A stretch of 63,482 nt of DNA, counting the filler, from Myxococcota bacterium (GTDB taxonomy: Bacteria > Myxococcota_C > UBA6777), in assembly GCA_023150835.1 (NCBI GenBank). It is 3 parts of 3 records of this genome, joined end to end, with 100 filler letters (N's around TTAATTAATTAA, not from the genome) between each part and the next. Parts side by side here need not be neighbours in the genome. Positions count along the whole stretch, not along the records: positions 1 to 28,478 come from JAKLKB010000090.1; 2 more parts are not named here. One strand, 5' to 3'. This document shows, in pieces, positions 9,201 to 19,114 of the stretch. Every line of letters starts with the position of its first letter. Position 1 is the first letter of the stretch. The notes under the pieces are model-generated. The model did not search any database and was not told where the DNA came from. It saw only the letters and a list, made by a program, of their open reading frames with translations. Position numbers and translations under genes: made by a program.

Positions 9201-10624
9201 ATCCCTGCCACAAATGTATGACGCTCGATCAACGCATTGGCCGTATCGCCCAAGATCTGGAAACCTGTGTCTTTCCAAGCGGGATCATTGTTTGCCCCCG
9301 CAACAAGGCCGAAACGACGAACCGAAAGAGAGCCTTGGGGATTGCCACAAAGCACCACACCATCGCCCTTTCCGTTAAGCGCAACTCGCCCACCACCACT
9401 TGCTCCACAAATTCCAGCATCCACAAGAGACGTCTCCGCCCCGATCAATCCGCCGCTTGCATCGTACGAGATCACGCGCATCTGCGTGCCCATCCGAAAC
9501 AACACCGCGATCTGGCCGCTCGCATTCACCGCGATATCCAAGAGCTGATCGGTGACGCTGCTCAAAAACACCTTCTCTTTGAGGAGCGGCTCGCAATCTT
9601 GTTTGAAGAGGCTTAGATAGCCGCTGCGCTGCGAGGGGAAAGGATTGTACTGAAACCATGCCACCACAAATCCCCCTGCGGGCAAAGCGCGAAAAACCAC
9701 CCCCCCATCACTGCGATCGCTGCCAAGCTTAAAGCTTGCTTTCACCACCGAACCATCCGCGCCATAACAACGAAGTTCGGGGCCTGTTGAACTACTCAAC
9801 CGATCGAACACCACGATGTTTCCGTTGCTTAGCACCAAATAATCGTCCATAGACGATGGGATCTCCGTGAACTTCGCACAACCGGGTCCATTGTCGATCT
9901 GCCCGTCGCAGTCGTCATCCACTCCGTTCTCGCAGATCTCTTGGTTCAATTTGTTATTGGGTTCGCAGACGATCTGGCCCTTCAAACAGACTTGGCGACC
10001 ATCACGACAAGCAGAGGTTCCTCCCGTCACTCGGCAGTCTTGCCCTTGCTGTGGGAACGTTTCGTCGATCTGACCGTCGCAGTTGTTGTCGCGACCGTCG
10101 CATACCTCGGCCTTGGGCAACACGTCTCCAACACACGAACTCCACGCACCCGATCGGCAAACTTGTGTGCCTTCTTTACAATCTCCCACACCCGCCCATT
10201 TCGGATCGCCCCCAAAACACGGGCGGCTTTCGCCTTCTCGGCAGTCCCCTTCGGGTTCTTCTTCTTTCTTGGGTTCTTCGCTCTGCTCGGGGAGGCTCGG
10301 TTCTCCCCCATCTTCCGTGATCTGCGGCTCTTGTAGAATGTTCTCTTTGGCGATCTCTCCACCCGAAACCAAGCACACACCCCCCACACACACTTTTCCT
10401 GTCCCGCAATCCGAAGCCTCCCGACATACGGCACACACGCCTTGCACACAAAATCGCGCAACTTCCGTACAATCGGTGTCCCCGCTACATATTTTTTGAC
10501 CACCCACCACACACGCCCACGGAACCATCCACAACCCCAAACACAACAAACACAACAACAATACACGCACCCCAAAACCCCGAACCATACGCTGCTTCGC
10601 CGAAGATCTCTTGACTCGATACAT
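6242..10624 (-). CDS. large surface lipoprotein-like protein with Cys-rich MopE-related/putative metal-binding motifs alternating with three beta-rich domains
   Basis: Hydrophobic N-terminus ending in WAC; repeated EVCDGRDNNCDGQIDE, EICENGVDDDCDGQID, EICGNGKDDDCDGRVD and EICGNAIDDNCDGRID. Start uncertain (10624 or 10588). Confidence 0.8.
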   Translation of the reverse strand: MYRVKRSSAKQRMVRGFGVRVLLLCLLCLGLWMVPWACVVGGQKICSGDTDCTEVARFCVQGVCAVCREASDCGTGKVCVGGVCLVSGGEIAKENILQEPQITEDGGEPSLPEQSEEPKKEEEPEGDCREGESRPCFGGDPKWAGVGDCKEGTQVCRSGAWSSCVGDVLPKAEVCDGRDNNCDGQIDETFPQQGQDCRVTGGTSACRDGRQVCLKGQIVCEPNNKLNQEICENGVDDDCDGQIDNGPGCAKFTEIPSSMDDYLVLSNGNIVVFDRLSSSTGPELRCYGADGSVVKASFKLGSDRSDGGVVFRALPAGGFVVAWFQYNPFPSQRSGYLSLFKQDCEPLLKEKVFLSSVTDQLLDIAVNASGQIAVLFRMGTQMRVISYDASGGLIGAETSLVDAGICGASGGGRVALNGKGDGVVLCGNPQGSLSVRRFGLVAGANNDPAWKDTGFQILGDTANALIERHTFVAGINETGEIGIAYQHRNKSQIEGLLLKADGTKLQHLVISRVMESSSGGYDGPHERVEILQGDFVFREIVRQEGGYTRWFRYNAAGTLVSSASSPLLSASLRVGGTSLYLRGGTRIYANAIDLSAGRGLCPGGACACEPQRLRRCYTGAGSRTAASPCKEGLSTCANDGSAWGDCQGETVPVPEICGNGKDDDCDGRVDNDCSDPQITPTLALSDMGIAEDGRVVGVASGERRVWATCWDAAGKIAQGAFAVSEPFRSVKSATVAIAPKSGRFVIAWLEGSASGASSLSLRARLFDGQCRPLTGVIAVAESAWALMIPRVVIDESGRSALLWREPAVITSLRLAFLDASGALSSTMVDPDAQRTCGSGLLDNAHVAYQDDLGWGVIACASALGQIFWRRFSLTGSLLEANYTGLSATIGNHLTSGQGFRVGMNAQGFVVAWSDATLSVWRAQSYGVDAKPRKTWEISKRFSGANAFGFSGAMPRFEGDVVLWDGAPSFWRRFLRYDLDGKLVAAMPRLQGDQATAWLLRSEGKKSVLYIPNTGLRRDLLKLSASAGICNGEPCFCEAGTTSPCYRFAAPGSSPRSPCMAGTRTCAQDGSTYGDCNGEVLPTSEICGNAIDDNCDGRIDDSCPAKDFRSLPANVSNGATDIDANAKKEIFLAFARDLGNDGSLLGLCWDAMGAVRGRTFVIAEAQDQKFRDVQVYASPDASLWAVLWRLDPPTSPQIAQFQLFDSNCQPVGALVEFPTRQGDGQIMAAFGAGNQLLVGWRDISAQLNLSFFDASGNPLGTSLSYEASPRLCGSSTPFRVARNPIGGGGVVVCAGASYTNPYTLRRFNNSNVWIEADVVSIAATQNTRGTLGPSHLLAMNGKSEFVVVWTPYGSRTHEAVFFESSGKEIKTLRYATASTNSSANFPYTADRLGLLGDDFVLHTNTQRSPMQWMRYRADGTLVSTSNPVSTTSALVYTSRFVGTSVFFLQNDRLSLDPFALP

Positions 10625-10824
10625 TGCTTTCACGACCCAACCTCTCCGCTCGGATGCAAAACCCGTTGCTTCCTCAACCCATCCAACAAATCGACCCCAC
10701 CCAAACCAAGAACGTCCCACCCAACCCCACCACTACGCAAGAAGCGCAAACAGAACAGCCACCCATCTCCGCCCACTTCGCTCCGAACGCGCCTAAACCA
10801 AACACTTCACACGAACATCACAAA

Positions 10825-10916
10825 CGGAAGCGTACAGGAATCGAACCTGCCCACGAGGGATCACCCCGCACGACGGTTTTGAAGACCGCGAGCGCCACCA
10901 GACGCCATGCACTTCC
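10825..10916 (-). tRNA. selC: tRNA-Sec (anticodon UCA)
   Basis: Minus strand GGAAGTGCATGGCGTCTGGTGGCGCTCGCGGTCTTCAAAACCGT...GCAGGTTCGATTCCTGTACGCTTCCG: 8-position acceptor stem, 6-bp D stem with UGGU loop, CUUCAAA anticodon loop, long variable arm, G discriminator; CCA not encoded. Confidence 0.95.
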
Positions 10917-11056
10917 CGATGCAGCCGACATCTCCGAAATAAAGCAACTGCTCTCTCTCCACGAGATACGCGCAACTCCCCGCACACTACGACAACCCAA
11001 TCCACCCGTCAAGAACACCCTCCCCACCGTCCCAAACGCGCCCTCTGCCGTCCGCC

Positions 11057-14000
11057 TCACCCCTCTTCCCTAGCCTCTTCGATCTGCCCCTCTTTCCGAG
11101 CCTCTTCGATCTGCCCCACAGTTCGGGCCTCTTCGATCTGCCCCTCTTTCCGAGCCTCTTCGATCTGCCCCACAGTTCGGGCCTCTTCGATCTGCCCCAC
11201 AGTTCGGGCCTCTTCGACACGCCTTTCGTGCCGGATTTCTTCGAGCCACCCTCCCCACGCAGCCAAGGTTTCACCCACTTCATCCAACGCAAGCAGACCC
11301 GCCAAAAGACGGAAATACTCGCGATCTTTGCTGTGCCGATTGCCCTGCTCACCCGCCACCAAACGCTTGTGCATCTTGCGCATACGCCGCAACGCCTCCA
11401 ACACTTGGTGATGTTGGGCCAACGCCCCTTGAAAAGCTTCGCTGTGTTCGTCCAAAGCTTCAAAAGCCTGCTTCCACGTCCAAATACGTTGCTCTTCGCC
11501 AAACGGCAACGCCAAAAACAGCCGCCTCGCCTCGCGGTACGCTTCGGGCCATCGCTCCTCAAAACGATCCAAAGCCGTCGTGCGCGACGACTGTTCCGTC
11601 GACCAACTCGATGTCCGTTGCTCTTGTATCGCGTGCTCTTGTTCCGCTTCGTGCCAAACGTGCGCCGCCACATACGCCAACCATGTACCCTCTCGAACTT
11701 CCCCGATATCCGTGATCTCCGCAGCACGCGATCTTGTTCCCATCTCTTCTAACAACGCCATCACCTCTGCCAGCCATTCTTTGCGCATCTCTGCCCAAAC
11801 TTCCTCTCGATCCTCCCCCTCCCCATGCTCCCTCAACAGATAACGCGACTCTTCCTTGATGTGATGTTGCAACGTTGCTTCGTAATAGCGAGGAAAAAAG
11901 CTCGCCATCTCCTCCTCCGAGATCGTCCGAAAAAACCACAGCAAGGCCGCCATCTGCGCGGGTCTCCCTTGCCGCATCCCCAACGAAAGATCTGCTTTCA
12001 GAGACGAATACTGCGGAAAACATCGCCTCGGATCGATCCGAAACGTCCGAACAGCGGCCATCTCCCCAGACAAGGGACCTTCCCCAAACCATGAACCTTC
12101 CCCCTTCGCGGCTTCTTCCGCAAGCAAGGTGTCCACACCTTCCGCAAGCAAGGCCAACTCTGTCGGCCAAACCACCGACAAACGCCGCAACACCTTGGCC
12201 AAACCCACCGGCCACACAGGCACAGCCGCCGACCAACGCCCCGTCGAAGCCGAACGCTCTTCGCCTGTCGTACGCGATATCACCCGAACATCCCCATCCA
12301 CCGCACCTTCAACACGACGACTCATCGTCAAACGCTGCAATGACTCCAACAACTGTCTGCGGATCTCTTCGACACGCCAGATCTTGATCGTCCGCAACTT
12401 GGACTCCAACAAGAAGAATTGGCGCAAGATCTCCGTCACGTTTCGCAAAGACAACGCTCGCACCAAGTCACGCAACAACCTGCGCCGCCCCTTGATCTCT
12501 CGATCAAACGCTTGATCTTCCAACTGCAAGATGCGGTAGATGCGCTCTTTCGCTTGATCGCGATGCTCGTCTCTCTTTTCTTTGCTTTTTTCGAGCAGAA
12601 TCTTTTCCAACAACCTTTTGCTCTCGTCACGCAAAAGCTTCCGTTGCTCCGCAAGACTCCGCGTAAAATCATCCCGCTCAAACGCCTCCCTAACTTGCGC
12701 ACCTTCCGTCGCTTCCTCCCAACGACGCATCATATCCTCAAGATATCCACCCTCTCTTCTTTTTTTCTCCAGCGCCTGTGCTTCTCGACGTGCGGCTTGC
12801 ATACTCTGCTTGTAGTCTGCCAACAGTACCGCAAACTCCCTCCACGCCGCTCGTTGCTGTCTTCTCCCCTCCCACACTTCCAACGTTCCCCTCAACCACG
12901 CAACCTCTTCTTTACGCCCCAACTCCTTGCCATCCAAAACCTTGCGCAGATGGCCTACATAACGCGGCTGTTCGTTGGAGGCAAACCGATACAGCTTTGA
13001 AAAAAACACCTCCAACAAGGCCGATGCGTTGGGCAGATCAAACAAGGCCACCAAAAAACGCCGCTGCGCCGCCTCTTCGCCCTCCAACGCCTGCAACACG
13101 CCCTTCACGCTCACGGGCTCTGTCTTCATCAACTCGATCGTATGCGCCACCAAAAAATCCTGCTGCGCCTCTTCGATCAATGGAACACTCGCCGACTTGT
13201 AAGCCGAAAAGATCGGCAGAAAACGATCGTAGATCCCCAACAATGCGCCTCGTTGCTTTGGATCAAACGATGCCGCCTGCACGCTCACCTTCTGCAAGAT
13301 CTGTTGGCTATGCTGTAAAAACACCGGTAACAAACGCCGTAAGGGCCTCTGCTCTAGCGCATCCAACAACCGACGCAACGTCTCGACAAACCGCTGCGGA
13401 TCGCGACCCATCTCCCAAGAACGCGAACTCCAAAAAGCATCCGCATGTTGCCCCATCTCCAAAAAACGCAACGCCCAATCCTCTCCGATCGCCTCGCAGG
13501 TATGGCTCCTTTCCGCCCACTCCCCCAACGCCTCGACCGTCCCTTCCAAAGCAACCCTCAGGTAGTGCTCAGGTCCATGCTGTTGCAACGAACCTCCTTG
13601 CCAAGGCAAGATCGCCAACCGATACGCGATCTCCATCCGCAACGACACGATATGCTGCAACAAAAATTGGTTTGGCTGCTCCTGCTTAAACAACAACGAC
13701 TCCGCAAGCTGGATATGCAAAAGCGCTTTCTCAGGAGCCGTATCTGCGAGCTTTTCCGCCATCAAGCGCGCTGACAAGATCTGATCGTCCTGCTCTTGAA
13801 ATGAATATCCCCCGTACTCCGTACAAAAATCATCGATCTCCCCCTCCCAAACATCCCCCACATCCAACGCGATCCCACGCAACAAACCTGCGATCACACC
13901 TTGCTCCCCATGTGCCGAAAAGATCACCAGCCGCTCTCTCGAACGACTCAGCGCGATCCGCACCAGATCGATCGATTGACGCAAACGCAACAAACGCAGC

Positions 14001-15820
14001 GGATCGTCTTCAGAGACTTTTTCGAGTACGATATCCACCACCCCCACCCACTGAAAGTCCAACCCCTTGACCTCCGAAGACAACAAAAAGATCTCCGCAC
14101 CATTGCGCGCATAAGCCCCCTCTCCTTTGTCATAGAACTGCTGTGACGACGGGTACACCACACTCGGATACAACACCACCGAGTCCGGCAAATAACGAAA
14201 AAACGACAGCAGCCTTGCGAAGGCATACTTGGCCCCTTTGGGACCCGACTTCACCAAAAACACCGATGGCCGCTCGGTGATCTCCTCTTTGCTCGGAATA
14301 TGCGACAACCCGCTCGGTCGATACGCCTTTGGCAACCAAGCGCTGTATAGATCACGCGAGGCCCCCAAGATCTCCGCAATCAACGGCGGCGAACGCAAGT
14401 TGTCTCGCAAATCAAATTTCTCTGTCTGGTCGGGACCTCGGAAAAATTGACGACTCACATCCGCCCAATCAAAAAAGGTCGGACGTGCCGTCTGCCCCTC
14501 ATCCCCCGCCAACAAACACACCACCCGACCCGCCGCTCCCTTGTGCGCGACAGATCCTTTTGGCTCCAACTGCTCGCCCATTTGAGCGTGCTCTTGCAAA
14601 CGCGCCCAAAACCGCGACAGCACCCGAAACTCTAGCGGCGTCAAATCTTGGATCTCATCCACCACGATCCAATCCACACCCCGCAATCCCTCCGGGATCT
14701 CTCCCCCACCCTCCAATCGCCCCAAAGCCCACAACGCCAAAAACAACGGACGAAACAACTTCAACAACGTGAATTGCTTTTCTTCATCCTGTTGCGAGAC
14801 CTCTCCACGACGTTCACTCCGACGCATCGCCTCTTCTTGCGTCCTCTGCAAAAACTGCAACACCTGCACGACGCTTTGACCATCCCGTCCCAAGACTTCT
14901 TGACGATGCTTCAAATACGCATCTCTCTGAAACTCCCATGCCACCGCCCGTTGCACACCCTCCAAACGGCTCCCCCCTCCCACCGCTCGCGGAAAACAAT
15001 AACGCCCAAAAACCTGCCCATACATCTCCGCAAACAACAACTCCCACGCCCCCTCCCACCGCTGCAACGGCGTATAACGCTTCTCCGAAAACGTCGAAAA
15101 CAACCGCCCCAACTCCTCCTCATGCACAGAAAACAGCGCCGATTCTTCTTCCCCCGCCAGCCTCGCCCAAAAAGACACCAACGGCAAACAAGACACCCGC
15201 GTCGGCGTCTCCAAAGAACGAAAAAACGCCTCCGCTCGCTCCACCAACCGCTCGCTTAACGTCAAGTACAACACGTGCCGCGCACCATCGTTCTCCGCCG
15301 ACGCCAACGTCGACAACCACAACGACGTCGTCTTGCCTGTCCCGGGCAGCCCCTTTAACAAACGCAAGGCCGCCCGTGAGTGCGCCACTTTGTACTGATC
15401 CAACGAATACGGAGACTCCATCATCCCATCCGCTTCGTTAAAACACACCACCATCCGCAGTCTTTCAGGAGAGACCCTTTGGTACGCTTCGATCTCTCCT
15501 TCTGATAATTCTTCTGATGTCTCGTCATGATGCCGCAAGATCCGCAAGTAGATCTCTTCTCTGCGACCTCCCTTCCATGACATCGCCGAACCCGTCTTCC
15601 ACCACAGATAATAGTGGTAGCCTTGCACAGGCGAACGCAGCCACCCCTTCGCAACACCTTGGATCGCTTTGTAACTATTGCTCTGGCCTGTCGCCAAAAA
15701 TTGCTGCAACAACAGCGTCACCCTCCGCCGAAAAGTCTCTTGTGCAAAGCTTCCTTCTTCTAATTGAGCCACCAGATCCCTGTGCATAGACACCACATAC
15801 AGTTCTTGGCTGTCGTACAT
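11057..15820 (-). CDS. superfamily 1 (UvrD-like) helicase with a small RelE-like N-terminal domain and long helical/coiled-coil C-terminus
   Basis: AGGAG RBS before ATG 15820; Walker A GLPGTGKT, Walker B VVDEIQD, motif III AGDEGQT, NLRS, motif V VKGLDF, motif VI RIALSRSRERL. Confidence 0.85.
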   Translation of the reverse strand: MYDSQELYVVSMHRDLVAQLEEGSFAQETFRRRVTLLLQQFLATGQSNSYKAIQGVAKGWLRSPVQGYHYYLWWKTGSAMSWKGGRREEIYLRILRHHDETSEELSEGEIEAYQRVSPERLRMVVCFNEADGMMESPYSLDQYKVAHSRAALRLLKGLPGTGKTTSLWLSTLASAENDGARHVLYLTLSERLVERAEAFFRSLETPTRVSCLPLVSFWARLAGEEESALFSVHEEELGRLFSTFSEKRYTPLQRWEGAWELLFAEMYGQVFGRYCFPRAVGGGSRLEGVQRAVAWEFQRDAYLKHRQEVLGRDGQSVVQVLQFLQRTQEEAMRRSERRGEVSQQDEEKQFTLLKLFRPLFLALWALGRLEGGGEIPEGLRGVDWIVVDEIQDLTPLEFRVLSRFWARLQEHAQMGEQLEPKGSVAHKGAAGRVVCLLAGDEGQTARPTFFDWADVSRQFFRGPDQTEKFDLRDNLRSPPLIAEILGASRDLYSAWLPKAYRPSGLSHIPSKEEITERPSVFLVKSGPKGAKYAFARLLSFFRYLPDSVVLYPSVVYPSSQQFYDKGEGAYARNGAEIFLLSSEVKGLDFQWVGVVDIVLEKVSEDDPLRLLRLRQSIDLVRIALSRSRERLVIFSAHGEQGVIAGLLRGIALDVGDVWEGEIDDFCTEYGGYSFQEQDDQILSARLMAEKLADTAPEKALLHIQLAESLLFKQEQPNQFLLQHIVSLRMEIAYRLAILPWQGGSLQQHGPEHYLRVALEGTVEALGEWAERSHTCEAIGEDWALRFLEMGQHADAFWSSRSWEMGRDPQRFVETLRRLLDALEQRPLRRLLPVFLQHSQQILQKVSVQAASFDPKQRGALLGIYDRFLPIFSAYKSASVPLIEEAQQDFLVAHTIELMKTEPVSVKGVLQALEGEEAAQRRFLVALFDLPNASALLEVFFSKLYRFASNEQPRYVGHLRKVLDGKELGRKEEVAWLRGTLEVWEGRRQQRAAWREFAVLLADYKQSMQAARREAQALEKKRREGGYLEDMMRRWEEATEGAQVREAFERDDFTRSLAEQRKLLRDESKRLLEKILLEKSKEKRDEHRDQAKERIYRILQLEDQAFDREIKGRRRLLRDLVRALSLRNVTEILRQFFLLESKLRTIKIWRVEEIRRQLLESLQRLTMSRRVEGAVDGDVRVISRTTGEERSASTGRWSAAVPVWPVGLAKVLRRLSVVWPTELALLAEGVDTLLAEEAAKGEGSWFGEGPLSGEMAAVRTFRIDPRRCFPQYSSLKADLSLGMRQGRPAQMAALLWFFRTISEEEMASFFPRYYEATLQHHIKEESRYLLREHGEGEDREEVWAEMRKEWLAEVMALLEEMGTRSRAAEITDIGEVREGTWLAYVAAHVWHEAEQEHAIQEQRTSSWSTEQSSRTTALDRFEERWPEAYREARRLFLALPFGEEQRIWTWKQAFEALDEHSEAFQGALAQHHQVLEALRRMRKMHKRLVAGEQGNRHSKDREYFRLLAGLLALDEVGETLAAWGGWLEEIRHERRVEEARTVGQIEEARTVGQIEEARKEGQIEEARTVGQIEEARKEGQIEEAREEG
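11073..11217 (-). repeat. 27-bp in-frame tandem repeats (EEARTVGQI/EEARKEGQI, ~5.4 units) at the helicase C-terminus
   Basis: Read directly. Confidence 0.95.
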
Positions 15821-16043
15821 CCCGATGCTCCTTGGCTTGACTTGACAGGATCGCCGCAACTTTGTACAGCTTGGATCTTCTCTTCGTGCTTGGCCATCTT
15901 ACAGATCTGCCCAGAAAGCCCAAGTGCTGCTCCCTTCACACAACAAGGCTTCGCTCCCAAAAGGTAGGTCTTCCTTACTTTGGTTCTTTCTCGGTGATCT
16001 TTGCAATCCTTTTCTTCCTCTTTCGATACAGAAAGGTTCCACC

Positions 16044-16742
16044 ATGTCTTTCTCTTTCCTTCACATCGAACGCCACGACGATATCGCCTGCATCACCCTC
16101 CAGCGCAAAGAAGACAACAGCATGGATCGCGCTTGCTTGCAGGAGATCATCGATTGCCTCGATCACATGGAAGAAGACCACAGCGTCAAAGCCATCCTCT
16201 GGACGGGACATGGAGAAAAATACTTTAGCACAGGCATCGATCTACAATGGTTCACCCAAGCAGGACCCGATGCTCTCCCCGGCTTTATGCGCAAGATCGC
16301 CGAGATGACCCACCGCACCCTGATCTTTCCCAAGCCCACTGTCGGCGCATTCAACGGCCACTGCTTTGGCCTCGGTGCGATCTGGTCTTGCGCCTTTGAC
16401 TTCCGCTTCATGCGCCAAGATCGCGGCTGGTTCTGCTTTCCCGAAGTCGACGTCAATATCCCCCTCGCTCCCGGCATGCGCGAACTGATCTGTGGAACCC
16501 TCCCCTTCTCCACCACCAACCGACTGCTGCTCACTGGACAACGTGTCGGCGGCGAAGACGCCGTACGCATGGGCATCGTCGAAGCTGCTTATCCCAAAGA
16601 CACCCTTCTCCAACAAGCCCTCGCCTTCACCCGTATCCTCGCCTCCAAAGAACAAACCATCTACGCCAGTCTCAAACACGACCTACGCCGCGAAGCCATC
16701 ACCGCTTACGCCACTTATCTTCAAGAAAATCCTCCCGCCTGA
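16044..16742 (+). CDS. enoyl-CoA hydratase/isomerase family protein
   Basis: Crotonase motifs KYFSTGIDL, FPKPTVGAFNGHCFGLG and FCFPEV. Confidence 0.9.
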   Translation: MSFSFLHIERHDDIACITLQRKEDNSMDRACLQEIIDCLDHMEEDHSVKAILWTGHGEKYFSTGIDLQWFTQAGPDALPGFMRKIAEMTHRTLIFPKPTVGAFNGHCFGLGAIWSCAFDFRFMRQDRGWFCFPEVDVNIPLAPGMRELICGTLPFSTTNRLLLTGQRVGGEDAVRMGIVEAAYPKDTLLQQALAFTRILASKEQTIYASLKHDLRREAITAYATYLQENPPA

Positions 16743-16798
16743 TCTTTTGTCTCTCCGATGCAACGGGCGATTCGATGAAACGTGACACCGTTGCATGG

Positions 16799-16923
16799 TT
16801 TTGCGGGGCTTTGCCCCATACCCCACAAGGGAGCGCGGCTCCCTTGACCCCGTATCGGCGGAACGAGTAGACGTTTTTCAAACCCACGACTGCGCCGCTT
16901 GAACGTCCGCGAACACGGGGTTT
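16799..16923 (-). repeat. family C element, copy 3
   Basis: Best-paired copy: 15-bp P1 stem with one mismatch. Confidence 0.9.
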
Positions 16924-17001
16924 ATGTCCGCGACGAAAGTCCTGCCCATCAAAAAGACAGCAAAAGCGAGATCCCAAGCAAAGGAGCACGTCGATCACAC
17001 G

Positions 17002-18180
17002 ATGACCCACCACCAAACGAAATGGATACGGGAGCTTCGGTGGATACAACATCTTCGGTCGGGCGTTCCGTTGTTTTGGCTTGTTTCGATGCCTCTTCTT
17101 CTTGACGCAGCGCAATTCACCCAGATCCGTCCATCCCGCACCTTTTCTCGAACAGCCGAATTTCGCCATTTTACCGAACAGATCCAACTCACCGAACAGC
17201 CTTGGCAACAGCACAAACAACGATGCGGTTGGCATCTCTTTGTTCACTTTCATCCACGCGGCCGATCTTCCTTTCGCTACGGCCCATTCTACCGAGGATT
17301 TGTTCTTCCATCGACCTCCCGACCTGCGATCCGCGCCCGAACCTTGGTGCTGTTGCTCGGACTCTTTTGGGACGCCGCACAACAAGAACAAAGCGCAGGC
17401 GCGCTCTCTTGCACACAACGACAAACTCGTATCCTTTCCGTCTCTCTACCCGGGACACTACCCGCCCCACCAACGCCCCCACCCGATCGCTCTCTCTCCA
17501 AACCGCCCAAACCACCGATGCCTTCTCCTATCCCCCCCAAACCGCCCAAACCACCGACGCTCCCAACCACCGCCCGAGCCACGCTCCCACCTGCCCGCCC
17601 CTCCTCCCAACCCACCTCGCTTCCGTTGTCATCGCCCACGTCCTCACCCACTCCGCCAATCAAACGCCCCTCCTCCCGCCCTGTACCCTCCGCCCAAAAC
17701 ATCCCGTTGGACTTCACCTTGGGCGGCCACTTGACTCCCTTTATTGGCTTCAACGGCAACTTGATCTGGGCAAGCTCGATCACAACGCTCTACTGGCCTA
17801 CATCACCGTGGCGGATGCGCATTGAGGCCACTGGCGGACGCTATGACGACCCCAACCAAGGCAGCCAGATCATCGCCCAGATCAACGCCTTGGCCGAATG
17901 GGTTCCTTGGCGCTCGCGCTTTTTCTCGTGGGATATCCATCTCGGACTTGCGCTGATCTTTTCTTGGACTTACAAAGATCTCGGTAGCTACTTGTGGATG
18001 ACGCTCGGGATCCAAGGCGGAACCGCTTTTTCTTGGCACCCCATCGATCGACTCAGCCTTTTTCTACGCCTCGATATCGCCTACTATCCCTTCCGTACGC
18101 CAGCAAAAGATGATACCTCTTATCGCCACCTCCATGATTCCTATCTTCTCCCGATACTCGGCGCTTCATGGAGATTCTGA
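17002..18180 (+). CDS. hypothetical protein with Pro-rich linker and C-terminal outer-membrane beta-barrel-like domain
   Basis: Alternating amphipathic strands, terminal ...LGASWRF. Start uncertain (ORF open from 16924). Confidence 0.6.
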   Translation: MTHHQTKWIRELRWIQHLRSGVPLFWLVSMPLLLDAAQFTQIRPSRTFSRTAEFRHFTEQIQLTEQPWQQHKQRCGWHLFVHFHPRGRSSFRYGPFYRGFVLPSTSRPAIRARTLVLLLGLFWDAAQQEQSAGALSCTQRQTRILSVSLPGTLPAPPTPPPDRSLSKPPKPPMPSPIPPKPPKPPTLPTTARATLPPARPSSQPTSLPLSSPTSSPTPPIKRPSSRPVPSAQNIPLDFTLGGHLTPFIGFNGNLIWASSITTLYWPTSPWRMRIEATGGRYDDPNQGSQIIAQINALAEWVPWRSRFFSWDIHLGLALIFSWTYKDLGSYLWMTLGIQGGTAFSWHPIDRLSLFLRLDIAYYPFRTPAKDDTSYRHLHDSYLLPILGASWRF

Positions 18181-18210
18181 GAACTCCCCGTAAGCGCGAC
18201 ACAGTCTATC

Positions 18211-18335
18211 AAAACCCGTGCTCGCGCCACTCCAAGCAGCAGAGTTGTCTGTCTGAAAAACGTTCATGCACTCCGCCAACGCAGAGTCAAGGGAGTCGCG
18301 ATCCCTTGCGGGGTGTGGGGTCGAACCCACAAAAC
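18211..18335 (+). repeat. family C element, copy 4
   Basis: Block pattern. Confidence 0.8.
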
Positions 18336-18457
18336 AAACCCAACCACGCAAGCCCTCTCTCAAAAAAATTTGAAATATCGGCTTCTCTCTTACAACGAAG
18401 TGTTTCAGAGCAAAAGCAGCCTGTTGGTTCGCTTGGTTCATCGGAGCTTTTTGGATC

Positions 18458-19114
18458 ATGTTGCCGTCACTCTCTCCTCCACCGACGCAAGGCCCTATCC
18501 CATCGGCTCCAACAGAGCATGAACACGATCTTGCGCTCGCCACGCGCATCCTCGCAGGAGAACGCAGCGCATTTGCCCAACTCTACGAGGCTTGCGCTCC
18601 TGCTCTCCTGCGGCGACTCACCCGCATGACGGGGTCGATCGATCACGCCGAAGACTGCTTACAACAAGTCTTCGCGGAAGCCCTGCGCGCCTTGCCACAA
18701 TACCGAGGAAAAGGGCGTCTTGAGGCTTGGCTTGAACGCATCGCCACCCATACCGCGATGGGCTGGTATCGCAAAAAGTACCGCTGGCGCTCATTTGTCG
18801 AACAAGTGGTCGAGCAGCTCACCCCCGAATCCACGCTCCCTCAGCCCGACCCCTTGCCCGAACAAATTTTTCTTCACGAGGAGATGAAAGCCGTGGTGTG
18901 GCAACTTCTGGATCGACTCAGCCCTCGAAAGCGCATGGCTCTCGTGTTGTGCGATCTCGAAGGACGCACCATCGAAGAAGCTGCCGAACAGATGGATATC
19001 CCCGTCGGTACGGCGGCTTCTCGTCTCTTTCACGCACGTCAAGACTTCCGAAAGATCGCCCTCGCCGAACTGCGTCGTCAGGGCCTTGATGTGGGGGATT
19101 GGATCCATGATTGA
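18458..19114 (+). CDS. ECF-type RNA polymerase sigma-70 factor
   Basis: Region 2 AEDCLQQVF...LEAWLERIA; region 4 LDRLSPRKRMALVLCDLEG...EAAEQMDIPVGTAASRLFHAR. Confidence 0.92.
   Translation: MLPSLSPPPTQGPIPSAPTEHEHDLALATRILAGERSAFAQLYEACAPALLRRLTRMTGSIDHAEDCLQQVFAEALRALPQYRGKGRLEAWLERIATHTAMGWYRKKYRWRSFVEQVVEQLTPESTLPQPDPLPEQIFLHEEMKAVVWQLLDRLSPRKRMALVLCDLEGRTIEEAAEQMDIPVGTAASRLFHARQDFRKIALAELRRQGLDVGDWIHD

Noticed and set aside
10825-10916. Genomic island integrated at selC
   Set aside because: No integrase and no duplicated tRNA 3' end found in the window; flanking genes have host-like composition.
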